DNA from: Octopus sinensis
Lineage: Eukaryota
NCBI RefSeq assembly: GCF_006345805.1
Contig: NC_043025.1
Span: forward strand, 11,160,001 to 11,224,000
Direction: 5' to 3'
DNA: 64,000 bases
A program made the translations under genes and the position numbers. The notes under the pieces were generated by a model. That model had not been told where the DNA came from. It saw nothing but the letters and a program-made list of their open reading frames with translations, and searched no databases. Shown here in pieces: positions 35,749 through 49,090 of the stretch; within the stretch, counting starts at the first letter, position 1; each line of letters begins with the position of its first letter.

Positions 35749-36067
35749 TATATATATATATTCTCAGACTAGATTGTGTTGTGGTCTTGAGCAAGACACT
35801 TTACTTCACATTGCTCCAGTTCACTCAGCTGTATAAATGAGTTGCAATGTCACTGGTGCCAAGCTGTATCGGCCCCTTTGCCTCTTCCTTGGACAACATC
35901 GGTGAAGAAAGGATGAGACTGGCATGCCTGGATGGTGGCTGATTTTCCATAGACAATCTTGCCCAGACTTGTGCTTCGGAAGGGAACTTTCTTGGTGCAA
36001 CCCATCATCGTTCGTGACCGAAGTGGGGTGAATGTGCTTTACTCTATTGAAGAAATTCCAAGCATAA

Positions 36068-38580
36068 ACCTATTTCTTTACTACCCACAAGGGGCTAAAC
36101 ACAGAGGGGACAAACAAGGACAGACAAACGTAAGTGGTACTTAATTTATCGACTCCGAAATGGTGAAAGGCAAAGTCGACCTCGGCGGAATTTGAACTCA
36201 CAACGTAACGGCAGACGAAATACCTATTTCTTTACTACCCACAAGGGGCTAAACACAGAGGGGACAAACAAGGACAGACATAGGTATTAAGTCGATTACA
36301 TCAACCCCAGTGCGTAACTGGTACTTAATTTATCGACCCCAAAAGGATGAAAGGCAAAGTCGACCTCGGCGGAATTCGAACTCACAATGTAACGGCAGAC
36401 GAAATACCGCTAAGCATTTTGCCCAGCGTGCTAACGTTTCTGCCAGCTCGCCACCTTCTCCAAGCATAAACCGTCATCTCCTAATGAGTGCGTTGGGAAA
36501 GGAATAGGCTAAGGGTGTCAACCTTGACAATAAATCACAGACTGGAGTCCCTGGAGCAGTCTGCTACCCTAACTGAAACCCTTCCAGCAACTCCAGAGTA
36601 GGTGGGGTTCCCAGTCTTGTAAGGCAATCCATCTCCTGGGAGAAAGCCAGTCCAGTTTAAAACCTACAGCTTTGTTAGCCTGCTCAGCGACTGTGATCCG
36701 ACCTCTGTATATCCTAGGAAAAGGCTAGGGGTGTCAACCTTGACAATAAATCACAGACTGGAGTCCCTGGAGCAGTCTGCTACCCTAACTGAAACCCTTC
36801 CAGCAACTCCAGAGTAGGTGGGGTTCCCAGTCTTGTAAGGCAATCCATCTCCTGGGAGAAAGCCAGTCCAGTTTAAAACCTACAGCTTTGTTAACCTGCT
36901 CAGCGACTGTGATCAGATCTCTGTATATCCTAGGAAAAGGCTAGGGGTGTCAACCTTGACAATAAATCACAGACTGGAGTCCCTTGAGAAGTCTGCTACC
37001 CTAACTGAAACCCTTCCATCAACTCCAGAGTAGGTGGGGTTCCCAGTCTTGTAAGGCAATCCATCTCCTTGGAGAAAGCCAGTCCAGTTTAAAACCTACA
37101 GCTTTGTTAGCCTGCTCAGCGACTGTGATCCGACCTCTGTATATCCTAGATGTAACTTGAAACTGCCTCTTTTAGGGGGTACTGTTTTGGGAGCTCAAAA
37201 GGTCTGGTGCTCTCCATGATACCTATTTCTTTACTACCCACAAGGGGCTAAACACAGAGGGGACAAACAAGGACAGACACACGGATTAAGTCGATTACAT
37301 CGACCCCAGTGCGCAACTGGTACTTATTTAATCGACCCCGAAAGGATGAAAGGCAAAGTCGACCTCGGCGGAATTTGAACCTATTTCTTTACTACCCACA
37401 AGGGGCTAAACACAGAGGGACAAACAAGGACAGACATAGGTATTAAGTCGATTACATCGACCCCAGTGCGTCACTGGTACTTATTTAATCGACCCCGAAA
37501 GGATGAAAGGCAAAGTCGACCTCGGCGGAATTTGAACTCAGAATGTAACGGTAGATGAAATGCAGCTACGCATTTCACCCGGTGTGCTAACGTTTCTGCC
37601 AGCTCTCCTTGATACCCTTCTAAAAATCCCAGTTTGGAAACACTTCTTAGCCCCCTACTGTTTCCAAGTCTACTCTGACCTGGAGTAAGAAGTAACTCTC
37701 AGGGCCCCAACTAAGGATTAATTAGCATGTTATGGATGAAGCTCCAAGCACAAACTCCTTAATACCTTGTGCATGCCTTGGAAAATGAAAAGGCTAGGAG
37801 AGTGAACCTCAACAGTAAATCACAATGAAATCCCTCAGATGGTCAGCTTCCCTCTTTGGCACTCTTCCAGCAACACCAGGGTAGATGGAGCTCTCTGGTC
37901 CTGTCAGGCTAGCCACCCAGGACAAAGCCACCCAGGACAAAGCCACCCAGGACAAAGCCACTCCAATGTCCAACCTACAGCTTTTTACACATCGCAGCTG
38001 TCTTACCCCTCTGAACCACTTTGGTCAGAGCCCTGATCAACGCTTACTCGTCATCACCTTTGGTCAGACCACTTATTGTCAGACCCCTGTATGTCCTAGG
38101 TATAGATGCATCATGTAGTGGGGTACTGGTTCAGTAGCTTCAGGATTTTAAGGAGTGTGTAACCTATTTCTTTATTACCCACCAGGGGCTAAACACAGAG
38201 AGGACAAACAAGGACAGTGAAACGGATTAAGTCGATTACATCGACCCCAGTGCATAACTGGTACTTATTTAATCAACCCCGAAAGGATGAAAGGCAAAGT
38301 TGACCTCGGCGGAATTTGAACTCAGAACGTAACGGCAGACGAAATACCTATTTCTTTATTACCCACAAGGGGCTAAACAAAGAGGGGACAAACAAGGACA
38401 GACACACGGATTAAGTCGATTACATCGACCCCAGTGCGTAACTGGTACTTAATTTATCGACCCCGAAAGGAAGAAAGGCAAAGTCGACCTCGGCGGAATT
38501 TGAACTCAGAACGTAACAGCAGACGAAATACGGCTACGCATTTCGCCCGGCGTGCTAACATTTCTGCCAGCTCGCCGCCT
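36068..38580 (-). mobile_element. Cluster of SINE family 3 copies (36068-36455, 37220-37608, 38160-38580), each with a duplicated 3' part
   Basis: Family core and tail ...GCCCCTTGTGGGTAATAAAGAAATAGG. The last cluster has TSD TAAGGAGT(G/A)TGTAAC. Confidence 0.88.
36506..37149. repeat. 3 x 216-bp tandem repeat
   Basis: Units start at 36506, 36722 and 36938, near-identical. Confidence 0.95.
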
Positions 38581-38838
38581 TAAGGAGTATGTAACCACTT
38601 CTCAGCCCCTATTGGTCCCACGTCTACTCTGACCCAGAGTAAGGGCACCTCTCCGGGCCCCCAGCTACGGGTTAATCAGCATGTTATGGGAGACAGTCCA
38701 AGCGCAAACTCTCACTGCTTTGTGAGTGTTTTAGGAAAGGAAAAAAAACTGAGACAGCCAGAAAATCACAGAATAGAGGCCCTCAGGTGGTCTGCTGCCT
38801 TCTTTACCACCCTCCCAGCAACTCCAGAGCTCTGCAGT

Positions 38839-38890
<52 letters not shown>

Positions 38891-38897
38891 CAGCAGC

Positions 38898-38936
<39 letters not shown>

Positions 38937-39303
38937 TGCAGCAGCAGCAGTAGCAGCAGCAACGGTGGTGGTGGTGATGATGGTGGTTGTAATAGTGGTA
39001 GTAGAAATGGTGGTGGTGGTGGTGATAGTTAGGGTTAGGGTGGAGGAGAAAGAGATGCGAGCAGATAAGGGACAGAGGCTGGGAACCATAGAAAGGAATG
39101 AGGGGTGAGGGAGAGGGGGCGGGACGTGCGGGGGGTGGGCGATCAGGCGAGGGGGGTAGAGTGGGGTTAGTGTAAGACAATCCACTTGAGAGAAGGCCAC
39201 TCCAGTGTAAAACCTACAGCTTGCTGGTCATTACAGCTGTCTTAGCCCACAGAGCCAATGGGGTCAGAACCCCTAAACTAAAGAGGACTGACACTCACTT
39301 GAA

Positions 39304-39813
39304 CCCTTTAGCAGTTAAACCGGCCATATCCAGCCAAAAGTATTCTGCCAATTTTATGTTCAAACTGGCCAGATCTGGTCTCTCACACCAACCCGACAAT
39401 ATCGTTTTAAAAATTAACAGCTACCTCATCAAAATCTCAGAGCTACAAGATAATGCATGATTAGTTCAAGGCAATCATCATCATCATCATCATCATTTAG
39501 CGTCCGCTTTCCATGCTAGCATGGGTTGGACGGTTCAACTGGGGTCTGGGAAGCCAGGGCTGCACCAGGCTCCAGTCTGATCTGGCAGTGTTTCTACAGC
39601 TGGATGCCCTTCCTAACGCCAACCACTCCGTGTGTGTAGTGGGTGCTTTTTACGTGCCACCCGCACAGGTGCCAGACAGAGCTGACAAACGGCCACGAAC
39701 GGATGGTGCTTTTACGTGTCACCGGCACGGGGGCCAGGCCAGGCTGGCAACGGACACTGGCAATGTGGATGAAAAAGCACTAATTTTGGTAGAATAATGC
39801 GAACACTAAAGGG
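39304..39813. mobile_element. Degenerate piggyBac-like MITE interrupted by an RTE 3' tail
   Basis: CCCTTTAGC...CTAAAGGG|TTAA ends, insert at about 39476-39760. Confidence 0.55.
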
Positions 39814-39997
39814 TTAATATTACTGAGTATAGATAGGAAGAAAAAATTGGAAATTTATTTTATCGACTCCCCAAAACGACAAGAGACGATGATTTGAACT
39901 CATAACGTACAGAGCTGGAAGAAATACCGGCAGACATTTTCCTTCAAAACATGCCAACGATTCTATTCTCCCAATCAACCAGCCGCGACCCTAGTAT

Positions 39998-40598
39998 CTG
40001 ACTGGTGGCAGAAACGTTAGCACGCCGGGCGAAATGCTTAGCGGTATTTCGTCTGCGTTACGTTGTGAGTTCAAATTCCGCCGAGGTCGACTTTGCCTTT
40101 CATCCTTTCGGGGTCGATAAATTAAGTACCAGTTAGGCACTGGGGTCGATGTAATCGACTTAATACCTATGTCTGTCCTTGTTTGTCCCCTCTGTGTTTA
40201 GCCCCTGTGGGTAATAAAGAAATAGTATTTCGTCTGTGTTACGTTATGAGTTCAAATTCCGCCGAGGTCGACTTTGCCTTTCATCCTTCGGGGTCGATAA
40301 ATTAAGTACCAGTAGGCACTGGGGTCGATATAATCGACTTAATACCTATGTCTGTCTTGTTGTCCCCTCTGTTGTTTAGCCCTATGTGGGTAATAAAGAA
40401 ATAGAAATAGGTATTTCGTCTGCGTTACGTTGTGAGTTCAAATTCCGCCGAGGTCGACTTTGCCTTTCATCCTTTCGGGGTCGTAATAATTAAGTACCAG
40501 TTAGGCACTGGGGTCGATGTAATCGACTTAATACCTATGTCTGTCCTTGTTTGTCCCCTCTGTGTTTAGCCCCTTGTGGGTAATAAAGAAATAGGTAT
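39998..40598 (+). mobile_element. SINE family 3 with triplicated body
   Basis: One head followed by three tandem core+tail units. Confidence 0.88.
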
Positions 40599-40886
40599 CT
40601 TATTTTATCGACTCCGAAAGGACGAAAGGCAGAACCAAGCGTAACTGTCAACAAACATACTTCTCGTATATACTAATTCAAAAATAACGATCAAAGTATC
40701 AAATCTAGCTACAAAATATAACAATCGAGAAATACATTGTTTTTATCAGCTATTTTTTCGGGGTTTCATGTAGCAGAAAAATTAAAAGGGTCGGTTTAAG
40801 GGAAACTTTCTTTAAAAATGAATGTGGAAGAATTTTCATGGGCTACATTTAACTTTTACACCTACAAGTATTAACAAGCGATAATC

Positions 40887-40955
<69 letters not shown>

Positions 40956-41284
40956 TATATATATATGTATATATATTATAAGTAGAAAAGTACAACTGGG
41001 ACAAGAACGTAAAACATTTAGAAGACGATACAAAAAAACACGAACGGGACATTCGAAGCCTTCAATCTTCAGTCAAGAACCGGATCATCCTCGCAATTTC
41101 GGCTGATTAATCTTGAGATTGCTCCAATCTGGCCAACCCCAAGGAAAAACTAAGCTACGAGCATTAGATTCCTTGGAAAAAGGATCGATATATGGTTTAT
41201 TTAAGCCGGTCCAGTGGCCTCTAAACAACTACACTATGTTTGTATTGAGTGCTCCTTTCCACGGATATTTACCCAACACCGTGC

Positions 41285-41325
<41 letters not shown>

Positions 41326-41677
41326 ATATATATATATACATACTAAATACAACAACAGGTAGGATGAAGATGTGAATATCTCAGCATTGAGCAATTTAAT
41401 TCAAACTTCGATGGCGTAATTATTTCATCCAGTCACGATTTTACACTTCACACGAGTGTATATACATTTATACACACACACACGTAGACATATATATATA
41501 TATACGTGTGTGTGTACATATATATACATATATATATATATATATACAGGGTGTCCCAAAAAAATGTATACAAATAGTGGTTCGGCAAAAGTGAACGATA
41601 GAATAAGTACTAGGCTTACAAAGAATAACAAATTTACAATTATTTAAGGTGTGTATACATTTTTTTGGGACACCCTG

Positions 41678-41726
<49 letters not shown>

Positions 41727-42031
41727 TTCTTTATTGCCCACAAGGGGCTAAACATAGAGGGGACAAACAAGGACGGACGAAGGGACTGAGTCGTTTATAT
41801 CGACCCCAGTGCGAAACTGGTACTTTATTTATCGACCCCGAAAGGATATATATAAATATATACATATACACACCCCAGATGTATATATATATATAAATAT
41901 ATAAATAGAGGGACACATATACACACCCCAGATGTATATTATATATAAATATATATATAGAGGGACACATATACACACCCCAGATGTATATATATAATAT
42001 ATATATATATATACAGATCACCCCAGATGTG

Positions 42032-42063
<32 letters not shown>

Positions 42064-42146
42064 AATATATAAATAGAGGGACACATATACACACCCCAGA
42101 TGTATATATATATAATATATATATAGAGGGACACATATACACACCC

Positions 42147-42184
<38 letters not shown>

Positions 42185-42265
42185 TATTATATAAATATAT
42201 AAATAGAGGGACACATATACACACCCCAGATGTATATATATATAATATACATATACACCCCCAGA

Positions 42266-42315
<50 letters not shown>

Positions 42316-42646
42316 GGGACACACATACACACCCCAGATGTGTATATATATACGTTCAAAACGGGATCGTCTTCCTTTTAGAAAGAAATACAACGACATA
42401 ATGGCATGCGAACGATGCAAAGAAAGACGTCCAAGGACAGAAGGAAGGACACAGGACATGGCATCGATAAATATGGGATGATTTTTTTCAAGAAGAAGAA
42501 GGAATAAAATGTCCAGAAATACTTACGAAAAATTTCGCTGACTATCGAACACATGCAGAAGACATATTCGGAATGAAGTGAATGGCAAGACGGAAGCTGA
42601 TTGGTCGAAATTCTCCAATCTCCCCCCCCCCCCGCTGCTGACGCTG

Positions 42647-43575
42647 TCACCGCCGCCGTCGTCGCCCCCACCGCTTCTGCGTAATGTAGACGTTTCTTCT
42701 CTCTCTTTCTCTTTCTCTCTTCCTCGTTGTGCCCGCCGTCGCCCCCACTGCTTATGTGTAATGTAGAGTTTCTTCTTTCTCTTTCTCTTTCTCTCTTCCT
42801 CGTTGTCACACCGCCGTCGCCCCCACTGCTTATGTGTAATGTAGACGTTTCTTCTTTCTCTTTCTCTTTCTCTCTTCTCGTTGTCAACCCCGTCGCCCCC
42901 ACTGCTTATGTGTAATGTAGACGTTTCTTCTTTCTCTTTCTCTTTCTCTCTTCCTCGTTGTCACCCGCCGTCGCCCCCACTGCTTATGTGTAATGTAGAA
43001 GTTTCTTTCTCTTCTTCTCTTTCTCTTTCTCTCTTCCTTCCTCGTTGTCACCGCCGTCGCCCCCACTGCTTATGTGTAATGTAGAAGTTTCTTCTTTCTC
43101 TTTCCTTCTCTTTCTCTCTTCCTCGTTGTCACCGCCGTCGCCCCCACTGCTTATGTGTAATGTAACGTTTTTCCTTCTTTCTTCTTTCTCTTTCTCTCTT
43201 CCTCGTTGTCACCGCCGTCGCCCCCCTGCTTATGTGTAATGTAGAAGTTTCTTCTTCTCTTTCTCTTTCTCTTCCTCGTTGGTCACCGCCGTCGCCCCCA
43301 CTGCTTATGTGTAATGTAGAAGTTTCTTCTTTCTCTTTCTCTTTCTCTCTTCCTCGTTGTCACCGCCGTCGCCCCCACTGCTTATGTGTAATGTAGAAGT
43401 TTCTTCTTTCTCTTTCTCTTTCTCTCTTCCTCGTTGTCACCGCCGTCGCCCCCACTGCTTATGTGTAATGTAGACGTTTCTTCTTTCTCTTTCTCTTTCT
43501 CTCTTCCTCGTTGTCACCGCCGTCGCCCCCACTGCTTATGTGTAATGTAGAAGTTTCTTCTTTCTCTTTCTCTTT
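42647..43575. repeat. ~77-bp minisatellite, ~12 units
   Basis: CCTCGTTGTCACCGCCGTCGCCCCCACTGCTTATGTGTAATGTAG + CT-rich tract. Confidence 0.93.
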
Positions 43576-45190
43576 CTCTTTTTCTGAGTCTGTCTCTGTC
43601 TCTTTCTCTTTTTTCTCACACTCACACAATTTCTCTCTCTCTCTCTGTTTCTTTCTCTCTCTTTCTGTCTCTTTCTCTCCCTCTCTCTTTCTCTCTCTCT
43701 TATAGTAACAATTACTACTCTGTCTTTCTCTCTCTCTCTCTAAGTCACTTTCTCTCACAAGTTCTATCTTTCTTTCTGTCTATCTGTTTGTCTCTTTCTC
43801 TCCCTTTCTGTCTCCCTCGATCTCGCTCTCTTTCTCTCTCTTATTGTGTCTCTCCAACCCGCTGCTAACGCTGTCACCCCCGTCGCCCCCACCGCTACTG
43901 TGTAATGTAGAAGTTTCTTCTTTCTTTTTCTCTTTTTCTGAGTCTCTTTCTCTTTTTTCTCACACTCACACAATTTCTCTCTCTCTCTGTTTCTTTCTCT
44001 CTCTTTCTGTCTCTTTCTCTCCCATCGCTCTCTCTCTGTCTTATAGCAACAGTTACTGCTCTATCTTCCTCTCTCTCTCTGAGTCTCTTTCTCTCTTTCT
44101 TTCTTTCTGTCTGTCTGTCTCTTTCTCTCCCTCCCCCTCTCTCTCTTATTGCGTCTGTTTCTCTTTTAACTCTATAGCAACAGTTACTACTCTGTCTTTC
44201 TCTTTCTCCCCTCTCTCTCTATGTATATAAATTGTTGCTGTAGCAGTAAGAGTGATAGAAGGGGAGGACGAAGGGGTAATAATTACGATCGACTGTATCA
44301 TGTATCGGTATTCATGACAGAGGGAAAAGGGGAGGAGGGGAGAAGATTGAACTTAATAGGGAGGATGGGAGAAGGGAGAAAGAATAAGAAAAGAGAGAGA
44401 GCAAGAGGATGAGAGAAAAACAAAGAGAAAAAGATTGAATAAAAGAGGGAGGGAGAGACAAAGAGAAAGTAAAAGAAACTGAGGAAGGAGGAGGGAAAGA
44501 AGAATGGCAAAGAGTAAAAGTGGAGAGGGAGAGAGAGATTAAAGAAAGAGAGTAACGTATACGGGAGTGAAAGGGAGGAAGAAAAGAAAGGAAAAATAGA
44601 TAAAATGAGAGAGAAAGATTAGAGAAAGAGAGTGATGTTTAAAAGAGAGGGAAGTGGAAGTAAAAAAAATAGTAAAACGGAAGAGAGAGTGAGAGAGAAA
44701 GTTAAGTGAGTTAGATATAAGAGAAAGTGGGAGGGTAAAGAAAGAGTAAAACGGAAGAGAGAGATTTATGAGAGAGTAATGTATAAGAGAAAGATAGAGA
44801 GAGGGAAAATAAAGTAAAAGAGTAAAAGTGAAGATACACACACATCTATCTGTCTATCTATCTATCTATCTGTCTTTTCCGTAGGCTTTTCTTTCCACGG
44901 TAAACCTCACCTGTCCTCCCCTTTACACTTCATATTGACATTTCTGTGATAACGATCCCTATTGATCAATTTTTTTTTTTCCTCTCCCCCCTTTTTTTTT
45001 AACCCCCCCTTTTTTGTTTGTCCTCTTTTTCTCCTTTTACGATCCCTTTTGATCGAACTCCCCCTTCCTTTTTTTTTTTAAACCTTCAAAAGAAAAGCTC
45101 TACCTTGTAATTTGTTCTATCTGTGTGCAGCCCTGTGTGGCTAATAAAGAAACATATCTATCTATCTCTATCTATCTATCTATCTATCTA

Positions 45191-45230
<40 letters not shown>

Positions 45231-45238
45231 TATCTATC

Positions 45239-45277
<39 letters not shown>

Positions 45278-45291
45278 ATCCGCTCAGTCAA

Positions 45292-45625
45292 AGTCGACCC
45301 TCGGTCACTCGTTGGATCAGTGTCCTCCAGTCAGTTCTATCCTGGCCCGCTTCTTTCAGATTGGCCATATCCAATCCGGTATCCCTCTTGATGGTGTCAA
45401 GCCAGAGGGGTTCTTGGTCGGCCTTTTCCTCTCTTGCCACTGACCATTCCGAGCATGATGTCCTTCTCCAGGGATTTTCTCCACATAATATGACCGAAAT
45501 ATGCCAATCTATGCTTGGTGATCCAGCTTCTAGCAACAGTTTCGGCCTGATCAGGTTAAGAACTTCTCCATTGGTGAGCCTCGCTGTCCATGGAATCCGT
45601 AAAAGTCTTCTCCAACACTCACACA
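45292..45625 (-). mobile_element. RTE-BovB-like LINE C-terminal fragment (frameshifted)
   Basis: CWRRLLRIPWTARLTN...WLDTIKRDTGL...DRTDWRTLIQRVT. Confidence 0.85.
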
Positions 45626-45662
<37 letters not shown>

Positions 45663-45671
45663 CATCCATCC

Positions 45672-45702
<31 letters not shown>

Positions 45703-45727
45703 CACACACATCAGACTTGAAAGAGTT

Positions 45728-46549
45728 GGATCCTTTCGGTTTGACCGGCAGTTTTTTCTAGCGGTGTCATATGAAATTGTCACCCATAATTATGACCCTA
45801 GTATCGATCTATTGCATTTCAATCTGTTTTAGGGTTAGGGGTGGGGGAAGGGTATCTTTTTTCTTCACAAATGTAAATAAACTTAATCTGTTTCTTAAAC
45901 GAAGGACATATTCATACGGCACAGAATGATTTTTTCTTACCTCAATAGACGTCACTGATTGGTTGAAATTGCAGAAATTGAAGAAAAAACAACAACAAAT
46001 ATCTTACAAACTATAGAATTTTCTCAATAAAGCCAAGAGAAAAAGATGTTTTATAAACACATTCTACCATAGGCGTATGAGTGGCTGTGTGGTAAATAGC
46101 TTGCTTACCAACCACATGGTTCCGGGTTCAGTCCCACTGCGTGGCACCTTGGGCAAGTGTCTTCTACTATAGCCTCGAGCCGACCAAAGCCTTGTGAGTG
46201 GATTTGGTAGACGGAAACTGAAAGAAGCCTGTCGTATATGTGTGTGTGTGCGTGTATATGTTTGTGTGTCTGTGTTTGTCTCCCCAACATCGCTTGACAA
46301 CCGATGCTGGTGTGTTTACGTCCCCGTTACTTAGCGGTTCGGCAAAAGAGACCGATAGAATAAGTACTAGGCTTACAAAGAATAAGTCCTGAGGGCGATT
46401 TGCTCGACGAAAGGCGGTGCTCCAGCATGGCCGCAGTCAAATGACTGAAACAAGTAAAAGAGAGTAAAGAGTACCAGTATACGAAGTTTAAAAGTGTTTA
46501 GTTCCGTGGAAATGATTTTAAAAAACTGCCGGTCAAACCGAAAAGATCC
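45728..46549. mobile_element. Second copy of the same TIR element, interrupted by a SINE
   Basis: Same TIRs and body as 895-1599. SINE at 46068-46472 with TACCA duplication. No TSD visible for the element itself. Confidence 0.8.
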
Positions 46550-46925
46550 TATTAAAGAACTACCTCGACACGGAGAACATCTCCAATTCCAGGAACAAAA
46601 GTCTTCGGACTCTGCTTACACCCGAGGTGATCCTACTGAAACTGTGACACCCGTAAGTTGACAGGGTGGGTTCTGGATAGTGGTCTAAGGGAGACAATCC
46701 CTTACGCTTAATCTTTCTGGTTCTCTGTTCAAAAATTATCCATGAGGTCGGTTCTCTGCATTTTGAAGAGAGGATTACAGGTCCCCGGCCTTTAAGCTCT
46801 GACGGGAAGTATGTAAACCATGGGTAACTCTATGAACCGGCCATAACTATCTTTCTCTAAACACACAACTGCTTTATAACTTAGTGTGTGATTCTCTTTC
46901 GTATTTATGATTTACTGACGTTATA

Positions 46926-48166
46926 TATTGGGTTGTCCGGAAAGTTCGTGCCGATTTATAGTAGCTTACCTTTCGACTTATTTTAGAACATGGTTGAGTC
47001 CCTAAAATAGGATTTGACTACACCTCCATTTAGAGCACAGTTTAAGCTATCTTTTCGTGGAAGAAGATGTTCCTATAACCTGTGTTAAATCTGTAACCCA
47101 TTAAAACGGAAGATAAGAAAGTTCATTTTCGGCACTTGATGCTTTGGGAACCAGACAAAAATTGCTGCAGCTCGGCTGGGATGTCCGGAAAGTTCGTACC
47201 AATTTATAGTAGCTTACCTTTCGACTTATTTTAGAACATGGTTGAGTCCATAAAATAGGATTTGACTCCACCTCCATTTAGAGCACAGTTTAAGCTGTCT
47301 TTTCGTGGAAGAAGGTTTATGTTCCTATAACCTGTGTTAATTCTGTAACCCTTTAAAATGGAAGATAAGAAAGTTCACTTTTGGCACTTGATGCTTTGGG
47401 AACCAGACAAAAATTGCTGCAGCTTGGCTGGGATGTGTTACCCCACCCATCCATATTCACCAGATATTGCTCCTTCGGATTCCCACTTATTTCTTATTTT
47501 TATTGGATTGTCCGGAAAGTTCTTGCCGATTTATAGCAGCTTACCTTTCGACTTATTTTAGAACATGGTTGAGTCCATAAAATAGGATTTGACAACACCT
47601 CCATTTAGAGCACAGTTTAAGCTATCTTTTCGTGGAAGAAGGTTTATGTTCCTATAACCTGTGTTAATTCTGTAACCCTTTAAAATGAAAGATAAGAAAG
47701 TTCATTTTCGGCACTTGATGCTTTGGGAACCAGATAAAAATTGCTGCAGCTCGGCTGGGATGTCCGGAAAGTTTGTGCCGATTTATAGTAGCTTACCTTT
47801 CGACTTATTTTAGAACATGGTTGAGTCCATAAAATAGGATCTTACTACACCTCCATTTAGAGCACAGTTTAAGTTATCTTTTCGTGGAAGAAGGTTTATG
47901 TTCCTATAACCTGTGTTAATTCTGTAACCCATTAAAACGGAAGATAAGAAAGTTCATTTTCAGCAGCTCGGCTGGGATGTCCGGAAAGTTCGTGCCAATT
48001 TATAGTAGCTTACCTTTCAACTATTTTAGAACATGGTTGAGCCCATGAAACAGGATTTGACTACACCTCCAGTTAGAGCAGAGTTTAAGCTATCTTAACC
48101 TGTGTTAATTCTGTAACCCTTTAAAATGGAAGATAAGAAAGTTCATTCTCAGCACTTGATGCTTTG
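46926..48166 (+). mobile_element. Tandem array (5 units) of mariner left end and transposase N-terminus
   Basis: TIR TATTGGGTTGTCCGGAAAGTTCGTGCCGATTT, MEDKKVHFRHLMLWE, one HPYSPDIAPSDSHLF (YSPDL motif) fragment near 47440-47495. Confidence 0.85.
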
Positions 48167-48210
48167 GCTTAATAGCACCACCTGATAGGATTATCTAAAT
48201 CCTGTTTAAG

Positions 48211-48378
48211 TCAAGTTTTGTTTATGGCCCATTCAAGTAGTGAGTTCTTGTTGAGTGAGTTGTATCCAGGTATGGGTGGCTTACCCGGTATTCCTTGAAG
48301 AAATCTGTCCAGACTCCGTTTAAAGGTGAAGGGATCCTTTTCCTCTTTGATCTGTTGAGGAAAAGAAATGGCGAAATT
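48211..48378 (-). mobile_element. CR1/L2-like LINE extreme 3' fragment
   Basis: FKRSLDRFLQGIPGKPPIPGYNSLNKNSLLEW*. Confidence 0.65.
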
Positions 48379-48392
48379 ATATATATATATAT

Positions 48393-48800
48393 CTTTTACT
48401 CTTTTACTTGTTCCAGTCAATTGACTGCGGCCATGCTGGAACACCGCCTTTAGTCGAGCAAATCGACCCCGGGACTTATTCTTTGTAAGCCCAGTACTTA
48501 TTCTATCGGTCTCTTTTGCCGAACCGCTAAGTAACGGGGACGTAAACACACCAGCATCGGTTGTCAAGCAATGCTAGAGGGACAAACACAGACACACAAA
48601 CACACACACATACATATATATATATATACATATATACGACAGGCTTCTTTCAGTTTCCGTCTACCAAATCCACTCACAAGGCTTTGGTCGGCCCGAGGCT
48701 ACAGTAGAAGACACTTGCCCAAGGGGCTACGCAGTGGGATTGAACCCGGAACCATGTGGTTGGTTAGCAAGCTACTTACCACACAGCCACTCCTGCGCCT
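48393..48800 (-). mobile_element. SINE family 1
   Basis: Full-length match. Confidence 0.9.
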
Positions 48801-49090
48801 ATATATATAATTTTTATTCTATATATTATTCATATTTGTTTTTTCAGTCATTAGACTGCGGTCATGCTGGGGCACCGACCGCATTGAAGAATTGTTATTT
48901 GAATTACTGGACCCCAATGCTACGGGAACGTAAGCACACAAACACCGATTGTGAAGCGATGGTCTCACACACACAAATAAATATAATCCATATAAAGGCA
49001 GATGGCTCAATGGTTAGAGCGTAGGACTCACATTCGCGATGTAGTGAGTTCGATTCACATATCGGGCTGTTGTGTTTTGTTCTTGAGCAA

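Noticed and set aside
41860-42350. CRISPR-like pattern: constant ~33-bp repeat (ATAGAGGGACACATATACACACCCCAGATGTAT) with variable spacers
   Set aside because: The spacers are only (TA)n of varying length, there are no cas genes, and the context is eukaryotic. It is a minisatellite.
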